Below, in pieces: positions 54,888 through 64,000 of a DNA stretch of 64,000 nt. The translations under genes and the position numbers were made by a program. The notes under the pieces were generated by a model. It did no database searches. It was not told where the DNA came from and was given only the letters and a program-made list of their open reading frames with translations. Every line of letters begins with the position of its first letter. Position 1 is the first letter of the stretch. The stretch is taken from the NCBI GenBank assembly GCA_035946455.1, contig DASYZK010000010.1:6340-70339 (forward strand). Reading direction: 5' to 3'. The DNA is from Candidatus Acidiferrales bacterium. GTDB taxonomy: Bacteria; Acidobacteriota; Terriglobia; Acidiferrales; UBA7541.

Positions 54888-56588
54888 TTACGGCTGCACG
54901 ATCATCGCGCCGGGCATTTGGACCACGGCAAACCGGCCATCGGGCTCGCGTTCCAATGCGGGCGCGAACAAGCCTTGCGATTGGCGCCGCCACCACCGGC
55001 CGGTGGAGCGCTTGGTTGCCGGATCGGTGAACCAATATTGCCAGAGCACCGCCCGCACCTGAAGCGGCGGCTTGCCGCCGAAGGGATTGCCGGCGAACAG
55101 GCGCAGCACGTCGGGATCGTTCTCCAGGAGCATTTCTTCGACTCGCAACAGCCAGGGCGACTCGCGCCACGGCCCCAGCGAGGCGAACCACAGATTCCAA
55201 TCGAAGCGGGGCTGATAGGGAGCGAAAAAGCCGGGCGGCTTCGACGGGTCCTGGGGCTTGTAGCCGAAGGGATAGGCGGTCCACGTCTTGCCGTCGTAAG
55301 AGCCCTGAAACTCGATTTCGTAGCGCGCGCGAGTCATCACCTCGAACAAACCGTAGGAGTTGGCAATGCGAAACGGCGACAGAACGGTTACCGGAGCCAT
55401 CGGAAGGGCGCCGCCGACGAGCAGGGCGGTAGTCGCGTAGAAAATCCAGCCGAGAATGATTCCGGCGCACCAGAGCCGCGCGGGGCGGAGACGGGCGCGC
55501 CAGCCGGCGGCTGCCTTCTCGGCCGGTTCCAGCGACGGGCGCGCGGGGGGCGCGGCCGCGACCGCTGTGGCCAAGCCGAGCGACAACACCGCGGGCTCGG
55601 CAGGCGGTTCCTCCGGCAAAGCGGCGGGGCGAGCGGACTGCTGCTCGCGGACGCGTTTCGGCGGCAGGCGAAGGAAGCGATCGTCCACCAGCAGGATGCC
55701 TTCTACCAGCACCAGATAATTCAAAAACGCGTAATTGGCCGTGAGAATGATTCCCAGTTGCAGCGCGGTGACCAGGACGAACAGGCCGATGCGGAAGCGG
55801 CGAGGAAGGAACACCAGCCACACCAAGCCGAGCTCGACGGCGAGCGTGACGAGAGCGGTACCTGCGTGGAACCAATGGGGAAGGTGCTGCGCGTACCAGC
55901 CCAGCCAGGTGGGCAGCGGCCCGTTCTGATAATACTGATCCATTGCGGTCAGGCGGTGCCATTCGGGATCGTGGCTGGCCAGCTTTCCCACGCCCGATTC
56001 GAAATAGATGCGGAACCATTCCCAGCGCAGCAAATACAGGCTGGCGCGCGACGGCGGACAATCGGCGCCCCAGCCGGGCCGCCAGCCGGGCGGGGCGAAG
56101 AACAAAGCGAGAAATCCGGCGGCGAGCAGCATGCCATCGGACTGGTAATCGGCGAAATCCTGCGCGGCGGCGATGAACGACAGGAACAGCACCAGGCAAA
56201 TCGCCAGCGTCATTCGCGGCCACAGATTCACCAGCGCCAGGACCGATGCGACGATTCCGGCCCAGCACAGCAGCTCGAGCGCGCGATTGCCGCTCGCGAG
56301 CCACAGCAGCGTGGGAGCAAACCAAAACCGCAGCCAGCCGAGGGCCTTGGCCACTTCCTGGAGGTAAACGCCGGCGGGCAAAATCCCACGGGGGCCGATC
56401 AGCCCGCGAATCTGCGCGGCGAGCGAGCAGAACGCCGAGAGGTAGACGAGCGCCAGCGCGCGAAGAAACAGCCAGCGCGCGCCCAGGTAGCCGGAGCTGG
56501 GGCCAAGCAGAAATCGCGCGAGTTGCGCAGGTCGGCTGGCCATCGCCGCCGCCATTATACGGGCGGGCGACGCGCCGGTCCCCGGCAA
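54888..56588 (-). CDS. lipase maturation factor (LMF1/DUF1222) family membrane protein
   Basis: YLGARWLFLRALALVYLSAFCSLAAQIRGLIGPRGILPAG. Polytopic body. Conserved C-terminal region YEIEFQGSYDGKTWTAYPFGYKPQDP...FAPYQPRFDWNLWFASL. Confidence 0.8.
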   Translation of the reverse strand: MPGTGASPARIMAAAMASRPAQLARFLLGPSSGYLGARWLFLRALALVYLSAFCSLAAQIRGLIGPRGILPAGVYLQEVAKALGWLRFWFAPTLLWLASGNRALELLCWAGIVASVLALVNLWPRMTLAICLVLFLSFIAAAQDFADYQSDGMLLAAGFLALFFAPPGWRPGWGADCPPSRASLYLLRWEWFRIYFESGVGKLASHDPEWHRLTAMDQYYQNGPLPTWLGWYAQHLPHWFHAGTALVTLAVELGLVWLVFLPRRFRIGLFVLVTALQLGIILTANYAFLNYLVLVEGILLVDDRFLRLPPKRVREQQSARPAALPEEPPAEPAVLSLGLATAVAAAPPARPSLEPAEKAAAGWRARLRPARLWCAGIILGWIFYATTALLVGGALPMAPVTVLSPFRIANSYGLFEVMTRARYEIEFQGSYDGKTWTAYPFGYKPQDPSKPPGFFAPYQPRFDWNLWFASLGPWRESPWLLRVEEMLLENDPDVLRLFAGNPFGGKPPLQVRAVLWQYWFTDPATKRSTGRWWRRQSQGLFAPALEREPDGRFAVVQMPGAMIVQP

Positions 56589-56645
56589 GCCACGGGGCCG
56601 GGGCGCTGATTGCCGAGGAGGTTCGAGCCGTTCACCGTTCCCGCG

Positions 56646-57092
56646 CTACTGCTCGTTCAAGGGCCGGCGGTGGAAATCGCAAGACCCGTCGGCGCAGGCC
56701 CGGCGATTCCAGCGATACCGGTTGCGGGCGACCCAGCCGTACACCCACCCCGCCACGGCATGAATGCCGGGCGCCTGCAACAACCGGGCAGGCAGCCGCC
56801 AAGCGGGCAACGCTATGCCGATCGCCGACCAGGCGTCGACGCCGCTATAGACCCGGCCGCTTTCATCGACCGCTTGCATCAACCGCAACGCCGCTTCGCG
56901 ATCGATCTGGGGGAAGCGGGCGCCGACATCGGGATCGTGCAGGTTGACCAAGACAATTCTCGACTGCGGATCGTGCCGGCGCACGCGCTCGGCGCTCGCG
57001 CGGCAGAGCGCGCAATGCCCGTCGTAGAGAACCGTCAACGCGGCCACCGGAAAGCTCCAGAGCGGTTTCGAAACTTGCGCCCCCGTCACCAT
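56646..57092 (-). CDS. thiol-disulfide oxidoreductase DCC family (DUF393)
   Basis: LTVLYDGHCALCRASAERVRRHD...GWVYGWVARNRYRW. Confidence 0.85.
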   Translation of the reverse strand: MVTGAQVSKPLWSFPVAALTVLYDGHCALCRASAERVRRHDPQSRIVLVNLHDPDVGARFPQIDREAALRLMQAVDESGRVYSGVDAWSAIGIALPAWRLPARLLQAPGIHAVAGWVYGWVARNRYRWNRRACADGSCDFHRRPLNEQ

Positions 57093-57164
57093 TGTAACCC
57101 CCGCGGGAAAAGTGCCGGGGGGCGCGATGTTCGGAGCGCCGGAACTTGACCGGCGGAGATTCCG

Positions 57165-57941
57165 TCAGCGGGGAGCGGCGGAATCCACGTGCAGGATTTC
57201 GATGGTGATGTTGTCGGTGCCGCCGCGGTCCTTGGCCAGGCGAACCAATTCGCGGCAGGCGTCGGCGGGAGGATGGGCGTGGATCATCTGGAGCAGCTCG
57301 AGATCGGCGACGTGGGTCCAAAGGCCGTCGGTGCAGAGGACGAGCGTGTCGCCGGGCTCGACGGCGGTGGGTTCGGAAGGAATCTCGGTGGGGAAGTCAT
57401 CGCGGCCGATGCCGAGCGCGGCGATCAGGACGTTGCGCTGAGGGTGGCGTTCGGCTTCGTCGCTGGTGATGATGCCGTACTCGACCAATTGATTCACGTA
57501 GGAGTGGTCGCGGGTGAGCCGGCGCATCGAGCCGTCGTGGATCAGGTAGAGGCGGCTGTCGCCGACGTGCGCGAACCAAAGGCGATTGCCGCGGAGCACG
57601 GCGGCGGTGCAGGTGGTGCCCATGTTGCGGTACACGGGATGGGCGAGGGCGTAGCTCCGGATGCGTTCGTGGGCCTGGCGAAGAGCGGAGGCCAGGGCGG
57701 CGGGAGGATCCGGCTCGGCCGAGTCGCGATACACCTCGTTGAGGGTGCGCACCGCGATATCGCTGGCGAGCTGTCCGCCGTCGTGTCCGCCCATGCCGTC
57801 GGCGACAACGGCCAGCCGGCCCTTGCGCCGGAACTCATCCTCGTTCTGGGGTTCCCAATAGCTGTAGGAATCCTCATTTCGTTCGCGAAGCAGGCCGACG
57901 TCGGTAAGCTGCGCGAACTCGATTCCCGAACGGGCTCCCAT
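57165..57941 (-). CDS. PP2C-family Ser/Thr protein phosphatase
   Basis: Start taken at MGARSGIEFAQLTDVGLLRERNEDS. Also VVADGMGGHDGG, HVGDSRLY, LCTDGLW and GGTDNITI. Confidence 0.9.
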   Translation of the reverse strand: MGARSGIEFAQLTDVGLLRERNEDSYSYWEPQNEDEFRRKGRLAVVADGMGGHDGGQLASDIAVRTLNEVYRDSAEPDPPAALASALRQAHERIRSYALAHPVYRNMGTTCTAAVLRGNRLWFAHVGDSRLYLIHDGSMRRLTRDHSYVNQLVEYGIITSDEAERHPQRNVLIAALGIGRDDFPTEIPSEPTAVEPGDTLVLCTDGLWTHVADLELLQMIHAHPPADACRELVRLAKDRGGTDNITIEILHVDSAAPR

Positions 57942-58175
57942 TCTTGATTGGTTATACTCTTGACGTCCACGCGCTGACAAGGCAACGCTTGTTCGCCTGC
58001 GCGCAAAAGGAAAGAGCGAGGTCCGCGGGGACGGGCCCCGCGCTTGGGCGCGCAGGTGGAACCGGATCGACGAGGGCGCCGCGCCGGGGCCGAACATTTC
58101 TTCCCGATTCCTCGCCCTGCTAGACTGGTGGCCCACCGGCGCCAGCCCGTCCAGCGCCGGCGAAAGGAAGCGGCC

Positions 58176-59066
58176 ATGAAGGCGGCTGGGGTGCGGCTGG
58201 TGACGGCGGATTGGGTTGCCGAACGAACCGGTTCCGACGATTTTCTCCTGCTCGATCCGCGGTCGCCGGTGCGTTATTTGTCCGGCCACATCGCGAGCGC
58301 GGTAAGCGTTCCCTGGACGAGCCTCTGGGACGGCGAGGGGAATTTGCGTCCGGCCGAGGAGTTGGCGGACCGGCTGGGCGCGGCGGGTTTGGATGACCGG
58401 CGCGCGCCGGTGGTCTACGACGGGGTGGACGGCCGGCACGGGGCGATGCTGGCGTGGATACTGGTGTACCTGGGACGGAGCGACGCGCATCTGATGGACG
58501 TGTTTTTCGAGACGTGGCAGGCGGAAGGACGCGAAGTATATTACCGTCGGGTCGAGCCGGTTGCGCGCGGGTTCCGGTGGCGGCGGGTGGACGCGGTGCG
58601 CGCCAGCCGCGAAGAAGTTTTGCGCGACGGCGCCCTGCGAATCGATTTCCGCGGCGCCGATGAATTCTCCGGCGAAACCGACACCGAGGGCCGGCCGGGC
58701 CACATTCCCGGCGCGCGGCACCTGGCGTGGCAGGAGCTCGGCGGAGGGAACGGGCGCCTGCTGGCGCCGGCTGAGCGCCTGGTCGGCCTGCTGAAGGCCC
58801 GGGGCATCGCCGAGGGCGGGAGCGCCATCGCCTATTGCCGCAGCGGGCCGCGGGCGGCGCTGGGTTTCCTGGCGCTGCGGCTGGCGGGCAGGGACGTTCG
58901 GCTCTACGACGGCTCCTACGCCGACTGGGTGCGGAGCGGGCTGCCGGTGGAAACGGGCCGGGGCGGTCCCGCAGGGCGGGACGGACGGCCTGGCGGGAAC
59001 CAACCGGGCATCGGACCCGGAGCGAGGCGAGCATGGCGACGAACGAAACCAAATTATTTCCGGTAA
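58176..59066 (+). CDS. tandem-rhodanese sulfurtransferase (thiosulfate/3-mercaptopyruvate type)
   Basis: Start taken at MKAAGVRLVTADWV. GHIASAV and GHIPGARHL. Active-site loop AYCRSGPRAA. Confidence 0.85.
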   Translation: MKAAGVRLVTADWVAERTGSDDFLLLDPRSPVRYLSGHIASAVSVPWTSLWDGEGNLRPAEELADRLGAAGLDDRRAPVVYDGVDGRHGAMLAWILVYLGRSDAHLMDVFFETWQAEGREVYYRRVEPVARGFRWRRVDAVRASREEVLRDGALRIDFRGADEFSGETDTEGRPGHIPGARHLAWQELGGGNGRLLAPAERLVGLLKARGIAEGGSAIAYCRSGPRAALGFLALRLAGRDVRLYDGSYADWVRSGLPVETGRGGPAGRDGRPGGNQPGIGPGARRAWRRTKPNYFR

Positions 59067-60202
59067 CGGTGGTGGGAAGCTGGCCGCGGACACCGGGTCT
59101 GGTGCGAGCGCTGCGGCGCAAGCAGGCGGGCGAGCTCGCCGAGGCGGAATTTCAGCAGGAAGCGGACCGGGCGGTGATCGACGCGCTGGCGGCGCAGGAG
59201 CGGGCGGGGGTGGACATCGTGAGCGACGGCGAGCAGCGGCGCGACAATTTTTATTCGTTCGTCGTCGACAAGCTGAGCGGGCTGCGGCTGATGAAGGTGT
59301 CGGAGCTGATGGATTACATGAAGGACCGGGCGCGGTACGAGGAGATTTTGCGGGCGCTGGACGTGCCCGCCTTCGCGATCAAGAGCCCGATCGCGGTGGA
59401 GCGGATCGGCACGAAGAACGGGCTGGCGCGGGACGAGCTGGCGTTCGCGAAGGGGCACACGAAGCGGCCGGTGAAGGTGCCGTTGCCGGGGCCGTACATG
59501 CTGACGCGGTCGAGCTGGTTTGAAGGGCTTTCCGACCGGGCCTATCCGACGCCCGAGGCGCTCGCCGAGGACGTGGTGAGGATTCTGCGAGAGGAAATCG
59601 TCGCGCTGCGCGACGCCGGCGCCGACTTCATTCAGCTGGACGAGCCGATTCTGAGCCAGATCGTGCACGGAGCGGAAACGACCGACACGTTCATGTGCGC
59701 GGCGCTGCCGGCGCGGCGGGAGCCGCTGGCGGAGCTCGAGCTGGCGGTGGAGCTGATGAATCGCACCATTGAAGGCATCGGCGGAGTGAAATTCGGAGTT
59801 CACGTGTGCCGGGGGAACTGGAGCCGGCGCGAGGACGTGCTGCTGAAGGGCAACTACGGGCCGCTGCTTCCCTACCTGATGCGGATGAAGGTTCACCAAC
59901 TGGTGCTGGAATTCGCCACTCCCCGCGCCGGCGAAATGGACGTGTTCAAGGAATACCCCAACGAGAAGGAAATCGGGCTGGGGGTGGTGAATCCGCGCAC
60001 CGACGAGGTGGAAACGCCCGAGGAAATCGCCGGACGGGTGCGGCACATGCTGCGGTATTTCGCTCCGGAAAAAATCTATTTGAATCCCGATTGCGGTTTC
60101 GGCACGTTCGCCGAGCGCAACATCAATTCCCCGGAAATCGCCGAGCGCAAGCTCGAAGCGATCGGCGCGGCGGCGGAGCGGCTGCGAGCCGAGTGCCGCT
60201 AG
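59033..60202 (+). CDS. cobalamin-independent methionine synthase-like protein (MetE C-terminal domain type)
   Basis: Start taken at MATNETKLFPVTVVGSWPRT. Also IVSDGEQRRDNF, IQLDEP, HVCRGNW and LNPDCGF zinc/substrate motifs. Overlaps the rhodanese tail by 34 nt. Confidence 0.85.
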   Translation: MATNETKLFPVTVVGSWPRTPGLVRALRRKQAGELAEAEFQQEADRAVIDALAAQERAGVDIVSDGEQRRDNFYSFVVDKLSGLRLMKVSELMDYMKDRARYEEILRALDVPAFAIKSPIAVERIGTKNGLARDELAFAKGHTKRPVKVPLPGPYMLTRSSWFEGLSDRAYPTPEALAEDVVRILREEIVALRDAGADFIQLDEPILSQIVHGAETTDTFMCAALPARREPLAELELAVELMNRTIEGIGGVKFGVHVCRGNWSRREDVLLKGNYGPLLPYLMRMKVHQLVLEFATPRAGEMDVFKEYPNEKEIGLGVVNPRTDEVETPEEIAGRVRHMLRYFAPEKIYLNPDCGFGTFAERNINSPEIAERKLEAIGAAAERLRAECR

Positions 60203-60274
60203 CCGCGGCAGGCGGCCGGAGGGGCGGAAGCTTCTCACGGGCATCATAAACGTCGCAGGAGAAAGGAGGAAGCC

Positions 60275-60820
60275 ATGGCACAGGAAGCGCAATCAGCCGA
60301 AGCAACTCTGAACGGGCTGCATCCGGCGAAGCTGGAAACGATTCTGGACTCGATGAAAGACCCGAAAGTATGCGAGGCGGTGTCGGGGCCGTGGAAGGCG
60401 CGGGTGGTGTGGCAAAAGGGATTCCGCGCCAAGGCGTACATGCGCAAGCACGCGGTGGAAATGGACGAGCCGGCGGACCTGGACGCCACCGATCAGGCCG
60501 CCAGCGCTCACGAGCAACTGCTTTCGGCGGTGGGTTCGTGCCTCACGGTGGGGTTCATCCTGAACGCGACCCGGCGCGGAGTGCGGGTACACGACCTCGA
60601 GATCGCCCTGGAAGGGCATTTCGACAACATTCTGAAGTGGGCGGGCCATGCGCCCGATGGCAATCCCGGCTACCGGGGAATCAAGGCGAAGCTGTACGTG
60701 AAAGCCGACGCCGACGAGCCGACGCTGCGCGAAATCTGGAAGCTGGCGGTGGACGGCTCGCCGGTGACGCAATCGGTGAAGCGCGGCACGCCGGTCGCAA
60801 CCGAATTCGAAGCGGTCTGA
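60275..60820 (+). CDS. OsmC/Ohr-family peroxiredoxin-like protein
   Basis: ASAHEQLLSAVGSCLTVGFILNATRRGVRVHDLEIALEGH...SPVTQSV. Confidence 0.8.
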   Translation: MAQEAQSAEATLNGLHPAKLETILDSMKDPKVCEAVSGPWKARVVWQKGFRAKAYMRKHAVEMDEPADLDATDQAASAHEQLLSAVGSCLTVGFILNATRRGVRVHDLEIALEGHFDNILKWAGHAPDGNPGYRGIKAKLYVKADADEPTLREIWKLAVDGSPVTQSVKRGTPVATEFEAV

Positions 60821-60830
60821 CCCCGCGCGA

Positions 60831-62951
60831 TCAGCGCGCCGCCGGCAGATCGGCGCTCAAGCGGCGGACGGCGGCTTCGGGCTCGGTGACCGGGGGATTG
60901 GCGAGGTAGCGTCCGAAAAACACCAGGTAGCGCTGCCAGCGGTCCTGGATGTGGCGCGGCTCGACGAAGCCGTGGTTTTCGCGCGGGTACATCACGAATT
61001 CCACCGGCACGCCCCGCTCGAAAAGCGCGCGATAGAATTCCTCCGCTTGCGGGATCGGCACGCGGATATCGGCCTGGCCGCCGAGAATCAGCGTGGGCGT
61101 CTTGACGTTGCCGACGAACTTCATCGGAGAATGCGCCCAGTACTGGTCGAAATTTTCCCAAGGCGACTTCATGCCGAAGAAGGCGGCGAGGTAGCGGTGG
61201 CTGTCGGTTTCCGAATACATCGAGTAGAGATCGGAGAGTCCGGCGCCGGGTGAAATCGCCTTGAAGCGATCGGTTTGAGTGTCGATCCAAAGAGTCATGT
61301 AGCCGCCATACGACCAGCCCACCGCGCCCATGCGCCCCGGATCGGCCCATCCGCGAGCGACGACCGCGTCGACCCCGCTCATGTCGTCCTGGAAATCGCC
61401 GCCGCCCCAATCGTTCTCGTTGGCGGCGGCGAAGCGCAGTCCCCGGCCGGTGGACCCGCGGAAATTGGGTTCGAGCACCAGGTAGCCGTTCGCGGCGAAG
61501 ATCTGCTCCTGGGGATTGAACGAAAGCAGGGAGGCGCCGGTGGGCCCGCCATGGGGATTGAGCAGGAAGGGATACTTGCGGGTGGGATCGTAATCCACCG
61601 GCTTGGTGACGATGCCGTCGATTTCCGTTCCGTCCTTGGCGTTCTTCCAGGTGATGACTTCGGTCGAGCCCAGCGCGTAATCGGCCAGCCAGGCGTTCTG
61701 GCCGGTGACGCGGTCGATCGCCTGGAACCCGATATCGGAGCGAAACACTTCGGCGGGATGCTCGGGATCGGTCCACGTGCCGACGGCGACGCCGCCGCGG
61801 CTGATTTCATCCAGGGCGAGCACGCCGGGCGTGTCGGTGAGCTGGCGAACGTCTCCGGAGGCGACGTCGGCGGAGAAAATCGCGAGCGATTGGCGGGAGT
61901 CGGTGCTGAAGAAAATCCTGGCGCCGTCGGGAGACCAAACGGGCGCGCCGGCATCGAGGGCGAAGGAAGCGCCAAGCTTCCGCGGCGGACCGCCGGCGGC
62001 GGCGACAACGTACAAATTCGTTTGCGCGGGCCCGGGACCGCCGTCGAAGCCGAGGTAAGCGATCGATTTCCCGTCGGGCGACCAGCGAGCGGTGTGGGAG
62101 TGGGCAGGCGCATCGGCGAGCTTGCGCGCGTGGCCGCCGGCGACGTCCAGAACCCAGACCGAAGTCTGCACGGGGTCGAGGATGCGGGTGGATGGGCGCA
62201 AGGTGTAGGCGACCCGGGCGCCGTCGGGCGACCAGCGCGGATCGATGACGTCGTAATCGGTTTCGTGGGTGAGCTGCTTTTCAGCGCCGGAGGCGACGTC
62301 CCAGGTCCAGAGCTGCGCGAGACGCAAGTGGCGATCGATCACCATCGGATCGTCGTGATCCTTTTTGCGCTGTTCTTCTTCGGCTGTTTCCGGCTCGGCC
62401 GCGACGAGCAGGAGCGTTTTTCCATCGGGCGAGAACTCGAACGAGCGGACGCCGCCCTTGTGGCGGGTGACCTGCCACGGCTCGCCGCCATCGGCGTAGA
62501 TGAACCACACCTGGGCCTCGCTCGCTCGATCGACAGCCGCGGGCGCCTGCTCGCCGGCGATGGTGAACGCCAGCAGCTTGCCGTCGGGCGACCAGGCGAC
62601 GTTCGAAACGCTCTTGTCGCCTCGAGTGTATTGGCGCGCCGCCGAGGCGGGTCCCGCGGCGGGCACCACCCACAACTGGGTGACCGATTTCCCGGGCTGG
62701 TTCTTGGGCATTTCCGCGGTGGCCACCAGGTAGGCGATTCGCGCGCCATCGGGGGAAATGCGAGGAGAAGACACGCGCGCCAGCCGCAGGGCAGCCGCCG
62801 TGCCGAAGAGCAGCTTGCCGTCTTTGGCTCGCGGGGCGGGATTCTGCGGGGCGGCGGCGGGCTCCTGCGCCGCGGCGGGCGGCGGAACGGCGAAGCAGGC
62901 GAGGGCGAACGAGAGCGCAAGCGAGAGCCAGCGATTTTCAGAGGACATCAA
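60831..62951 (-). CDS. S9-family serine peptidase with N-terminal TolB-like beta-propeller
   Basis: Signal peptide. Repeated SPDG(A/K)xIAY/SPDGK blades. Catalytic GWSYGGYMT. C-terminal hydrolase body ...GGQADIRVP...YPRENHGF. Confidence 0.9.
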   Translation of the reverse strand: MMSSENRWLSLALSFALACFAVPPPAAAQEPAAAPQNPAPRAKDGKLLFGTAAALRLARVSSPRISPDGARIAYLVATAEMPKNQPGKSVTQLWVVPAAGPASAARQYTRGDKSVSNVAWSPDGKLLAFTIAGEQAPAAVDRASEAQVWFIYADGGEPWQVTRHKGGVRSFEFSPDGKTLLLVAAEPETAEEEQRKKDHDDPMVIDRHLRLAQLWTWDVASGAEKQLTHETDYDVIDPRWSPDGARVAYTLRPSTRILDPVQTSVWVLDVAGGHARKLADAPAHSHTARWSPDGKSIAYLGFDGGPGPAQTNLYVVAAAGGPPRKLGASFALDAGAPVWSPDGARIFFSTDSRQSLAIFSADVASGDVRQLTDTPGVLALDEISRGGVAVGTWTDPEHPAEVFRSDIGFQAIDRVTGQNAWLADYALGSTEVITWKNAKDGTEIDGIVTKPVDYDPTRKYPFLLNPHGGPTGASLLSFNPQEQIFAANGYLVLEPNFRGSTGRGLRFAAANENDWGGGDFQDDMSGVDAVVARGWADPGRMGAVGWSYGGYMTLWIDTQTDRFKAISPGAGLSDLYSMYSETDSHRYLAAFFGMKSPWENFDQYWAHSPMKFVGNVKTPTLILGGQADIRVPIPQAEEFYRALFERGVPVEFVMYPRENHGFVEPRHIQDRWQRYLVFFGRYLANPPVTEPEAAVRRLSADLPAAR

Positions 62952-63001
62952 AGCGGCCTCCAGTCGGGAATTGCCGGGAACGGCGGCGCGGCGAAGACTC
63001 G

Positions 63002-63038
63002 GGCACAGCCGGGCCCCGAAGGTTCGGGAGGCTGTGCC
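63002..63038. other. 37-nt near-perfect hairpin upstream of the S9 peptidase start
   Basis: GGCACAGCC (63002-63010) pairs with GGCTGTGCC (63030-63038). Inner CCCGAA/TTCGGG pairing. About 51 nt from the start codon at 62951. Confidence 0.4.
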
Positions 63039-63121
63039 ACGAAGAGCGACACCACGGGCGAGGGCGCCCGTGCCACATAGGGTTTGGAAGTTGCCGATTT
63101 CGAGGCGGGACTAGCTCGAGA

Positions 63122-63133
63122 CAAGTCGATCCA
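63122..63133. repeat. direct repeat CAAGTCGATCCA, copy 1
   Basis: Exact 12-mer also present at 63187-63198. Confidence 0.6.
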
Positions 63134-63186
63134 CCTCGCGAGCAGAATTTCCCACAAACCCCGTGGAATGAGGCACTTCATTTTTG

Positions 63187-63198
63187 CAAGTCGATCCA
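63187..63198. repeat. direct repeat CAAGTCGATCCA, copy 2
   Basis: Exact 12-mer also present at 63122-63133 (65-bp spacing). Confidence 0.6.
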
Positions 63199-63361
63199 TT
63201 TGGGGCCTGTTGTCGAGGGGAAATGATGATGCAAAAAAGCGAGAAGAGGCGCGAATTTTCGCGAAGGAGAATGCACGCTCGCCGAGCGAGATTGTAGCGG
63301 AAACGACAGCGGGGGAGAAGCGGTAGTTCAAGTAAACGCGGCAGAGAGATGGGGGGCGGAC

Positions 63362-64000
63362 TCAGTTCCAGCGGATGATGCGAACGAGGTCGGAATAGTT
63401 GTCGGTCCAGAGGCCGACGCTTGGCCGGGGCTGAAGCGGCTGCCAGCGGGGATCCTGAGCGAGGCCGGAGGCGTCGTCCGCTCGCCGGGCGAGAACGATC
63501 CACTTCGAGGCGAATTTACCCTGGTCGATATCCTGCTGGGTGACGGCGGTGTCGTTGCGAAGCCAGCCGACGAGGCCGAGATTCCGGGCGAGGTTGGCCA
63601 GCACCGGTTGGAGATCGAGATAGCGATTGGAGACGTTGAAGGCCAGGATACCGTCCGGAGCGAGTTTGGCGAGATAGAGCAGCATCGCCTGGCGAGTGAG
63701 CAGGTGGACGGGAATGGCATCGGAGCTGAAGGCATCGACCACGAGCAAGCCGAAACTTTTCGGCGGGGCGGCGGCCAGCGACAGGCGTCCGTCGCCGAGC
63801 ACCACGCGGACTGCTCCCGGGGAATCCTGCAAGAAGGTGAAATAGCGGGGATCGCGCGCCAGACGGACCACGAGCGGATCGATTTCGTAGAAGGTGAAGG
63901 GCTGGCCGGGCTGGGCATAGGCGGCGATGCCGCCAACGCCGAGGCCGATGATGGCGACCGCGGGGTTTCGGCCCGAAGCGGCGAGCTGGGTGAAGACTTG
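63362..64000 (-). CDS. spermidine synthase-like methyltransferase-fold protein (5' end outside window)
   Basis: Frame is open to the window edge (…AVAIIGLGVGGIAAYAQPGQPFTFYEIDPLVVRLA…). Also LLVVDAFSSDAIPVHLLT and PDGILAFNVSN. Confidence 0.75.
   Translation of the reverse strand, partial: QVFTQLAASGRNPAVAIIGLGVGGIAAYAQPGQPFTFYEIDPLVVRLARDPRYFTFLQDSPGAVRVVLGDGRLSLAAAPPKSFGLLVVDAFSSDAIPVHLLTRQAMLLYLAKLAPDGILAFNVSNRYLDLQPVLANLARNLGLVGWLRNDTAVTQQDIDQGKFASKWIVLARRADDASGLAQDPRWQPLQPRPSVGLWTDNYSDLVRIIRWN

Noticed and set aside
57942-59093. N-terminal extension of track ORF 57165..59093 upstream of the PP2C phosphatase
   Set aside because: It runs antisense to the rhodanese gene and has shadow composition. 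The PP2C domain begins at MGARSGIEF (57941).

Overview
Visibly GC-rich bacterial chromosomal segment (GC not computed). Gene content points to Acidobacteriota: an ADOP-type duplicated FtsX permease, a GWxTD protein and an LMF1-DCC pair. I call about 58 protein genes and one tRNA. I found no rRNA, no CRISPR and no intact transposase or integrase. Layout: 1-8.9 kb is an origin-proximal block, yidC-jag ... rsmG-[parS]-parA-parB-bactofilin, interrupted by a pentapeptide-repeat gene, a hypothetical gene and purE-purD. selD sits at 9.7 kb. 13.7-21.6 kb is a co-directional four-gene minus-strand cluster (GWxTD protein, outer-membrane barrel, PDZ/GAF/PAS histidine kinase, sigma54 activator). 22.9-28.5 kb holds an ABC ATPase, a MacA-like adaptor and an ADOP permease. 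29.1-32.3 kb holds modABC plus an HTH-TOBE regulator. 37.3-42.3 kb is a tRNA-Val integration hotspot. 42.3-64 kb holds stress and housekeeping genes (htrA, SOD, RNase R, PP2C, rhodanese, metE-like, OsmC, S9 peptidase) mixed with orphan secreted proteins, a radical SAM enzyme and a permease relic. Two things stand out. (i) Two UGA-recoded selenoprotein genes are truncated or split by the ORF track: selD (UGA 9740-9742) and a secreted ResA-like redoxin with a W-A-S-W-U-G-C site (UGA 36639-36641). Each has a hairpin just downstream of the UGA. (ii) tRNA-Val(GAC) has an exact 43-nt copy of its anticodon-to-CCA segment 3 kb downstream. The unit 'tRNA 3' half + GIY-YIG ORF start' occurs three times (one intact, two decayed). 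These surround a less GC-rich orphan 548-aa ORF and are followed by a Phd/YefM-VapC module. All family calls are by-eye motif recognition. No database search, RNA folding or statistics were run. Many long ORFs in the track are GC-driven antisense shadows or upstream extensions of real genes.
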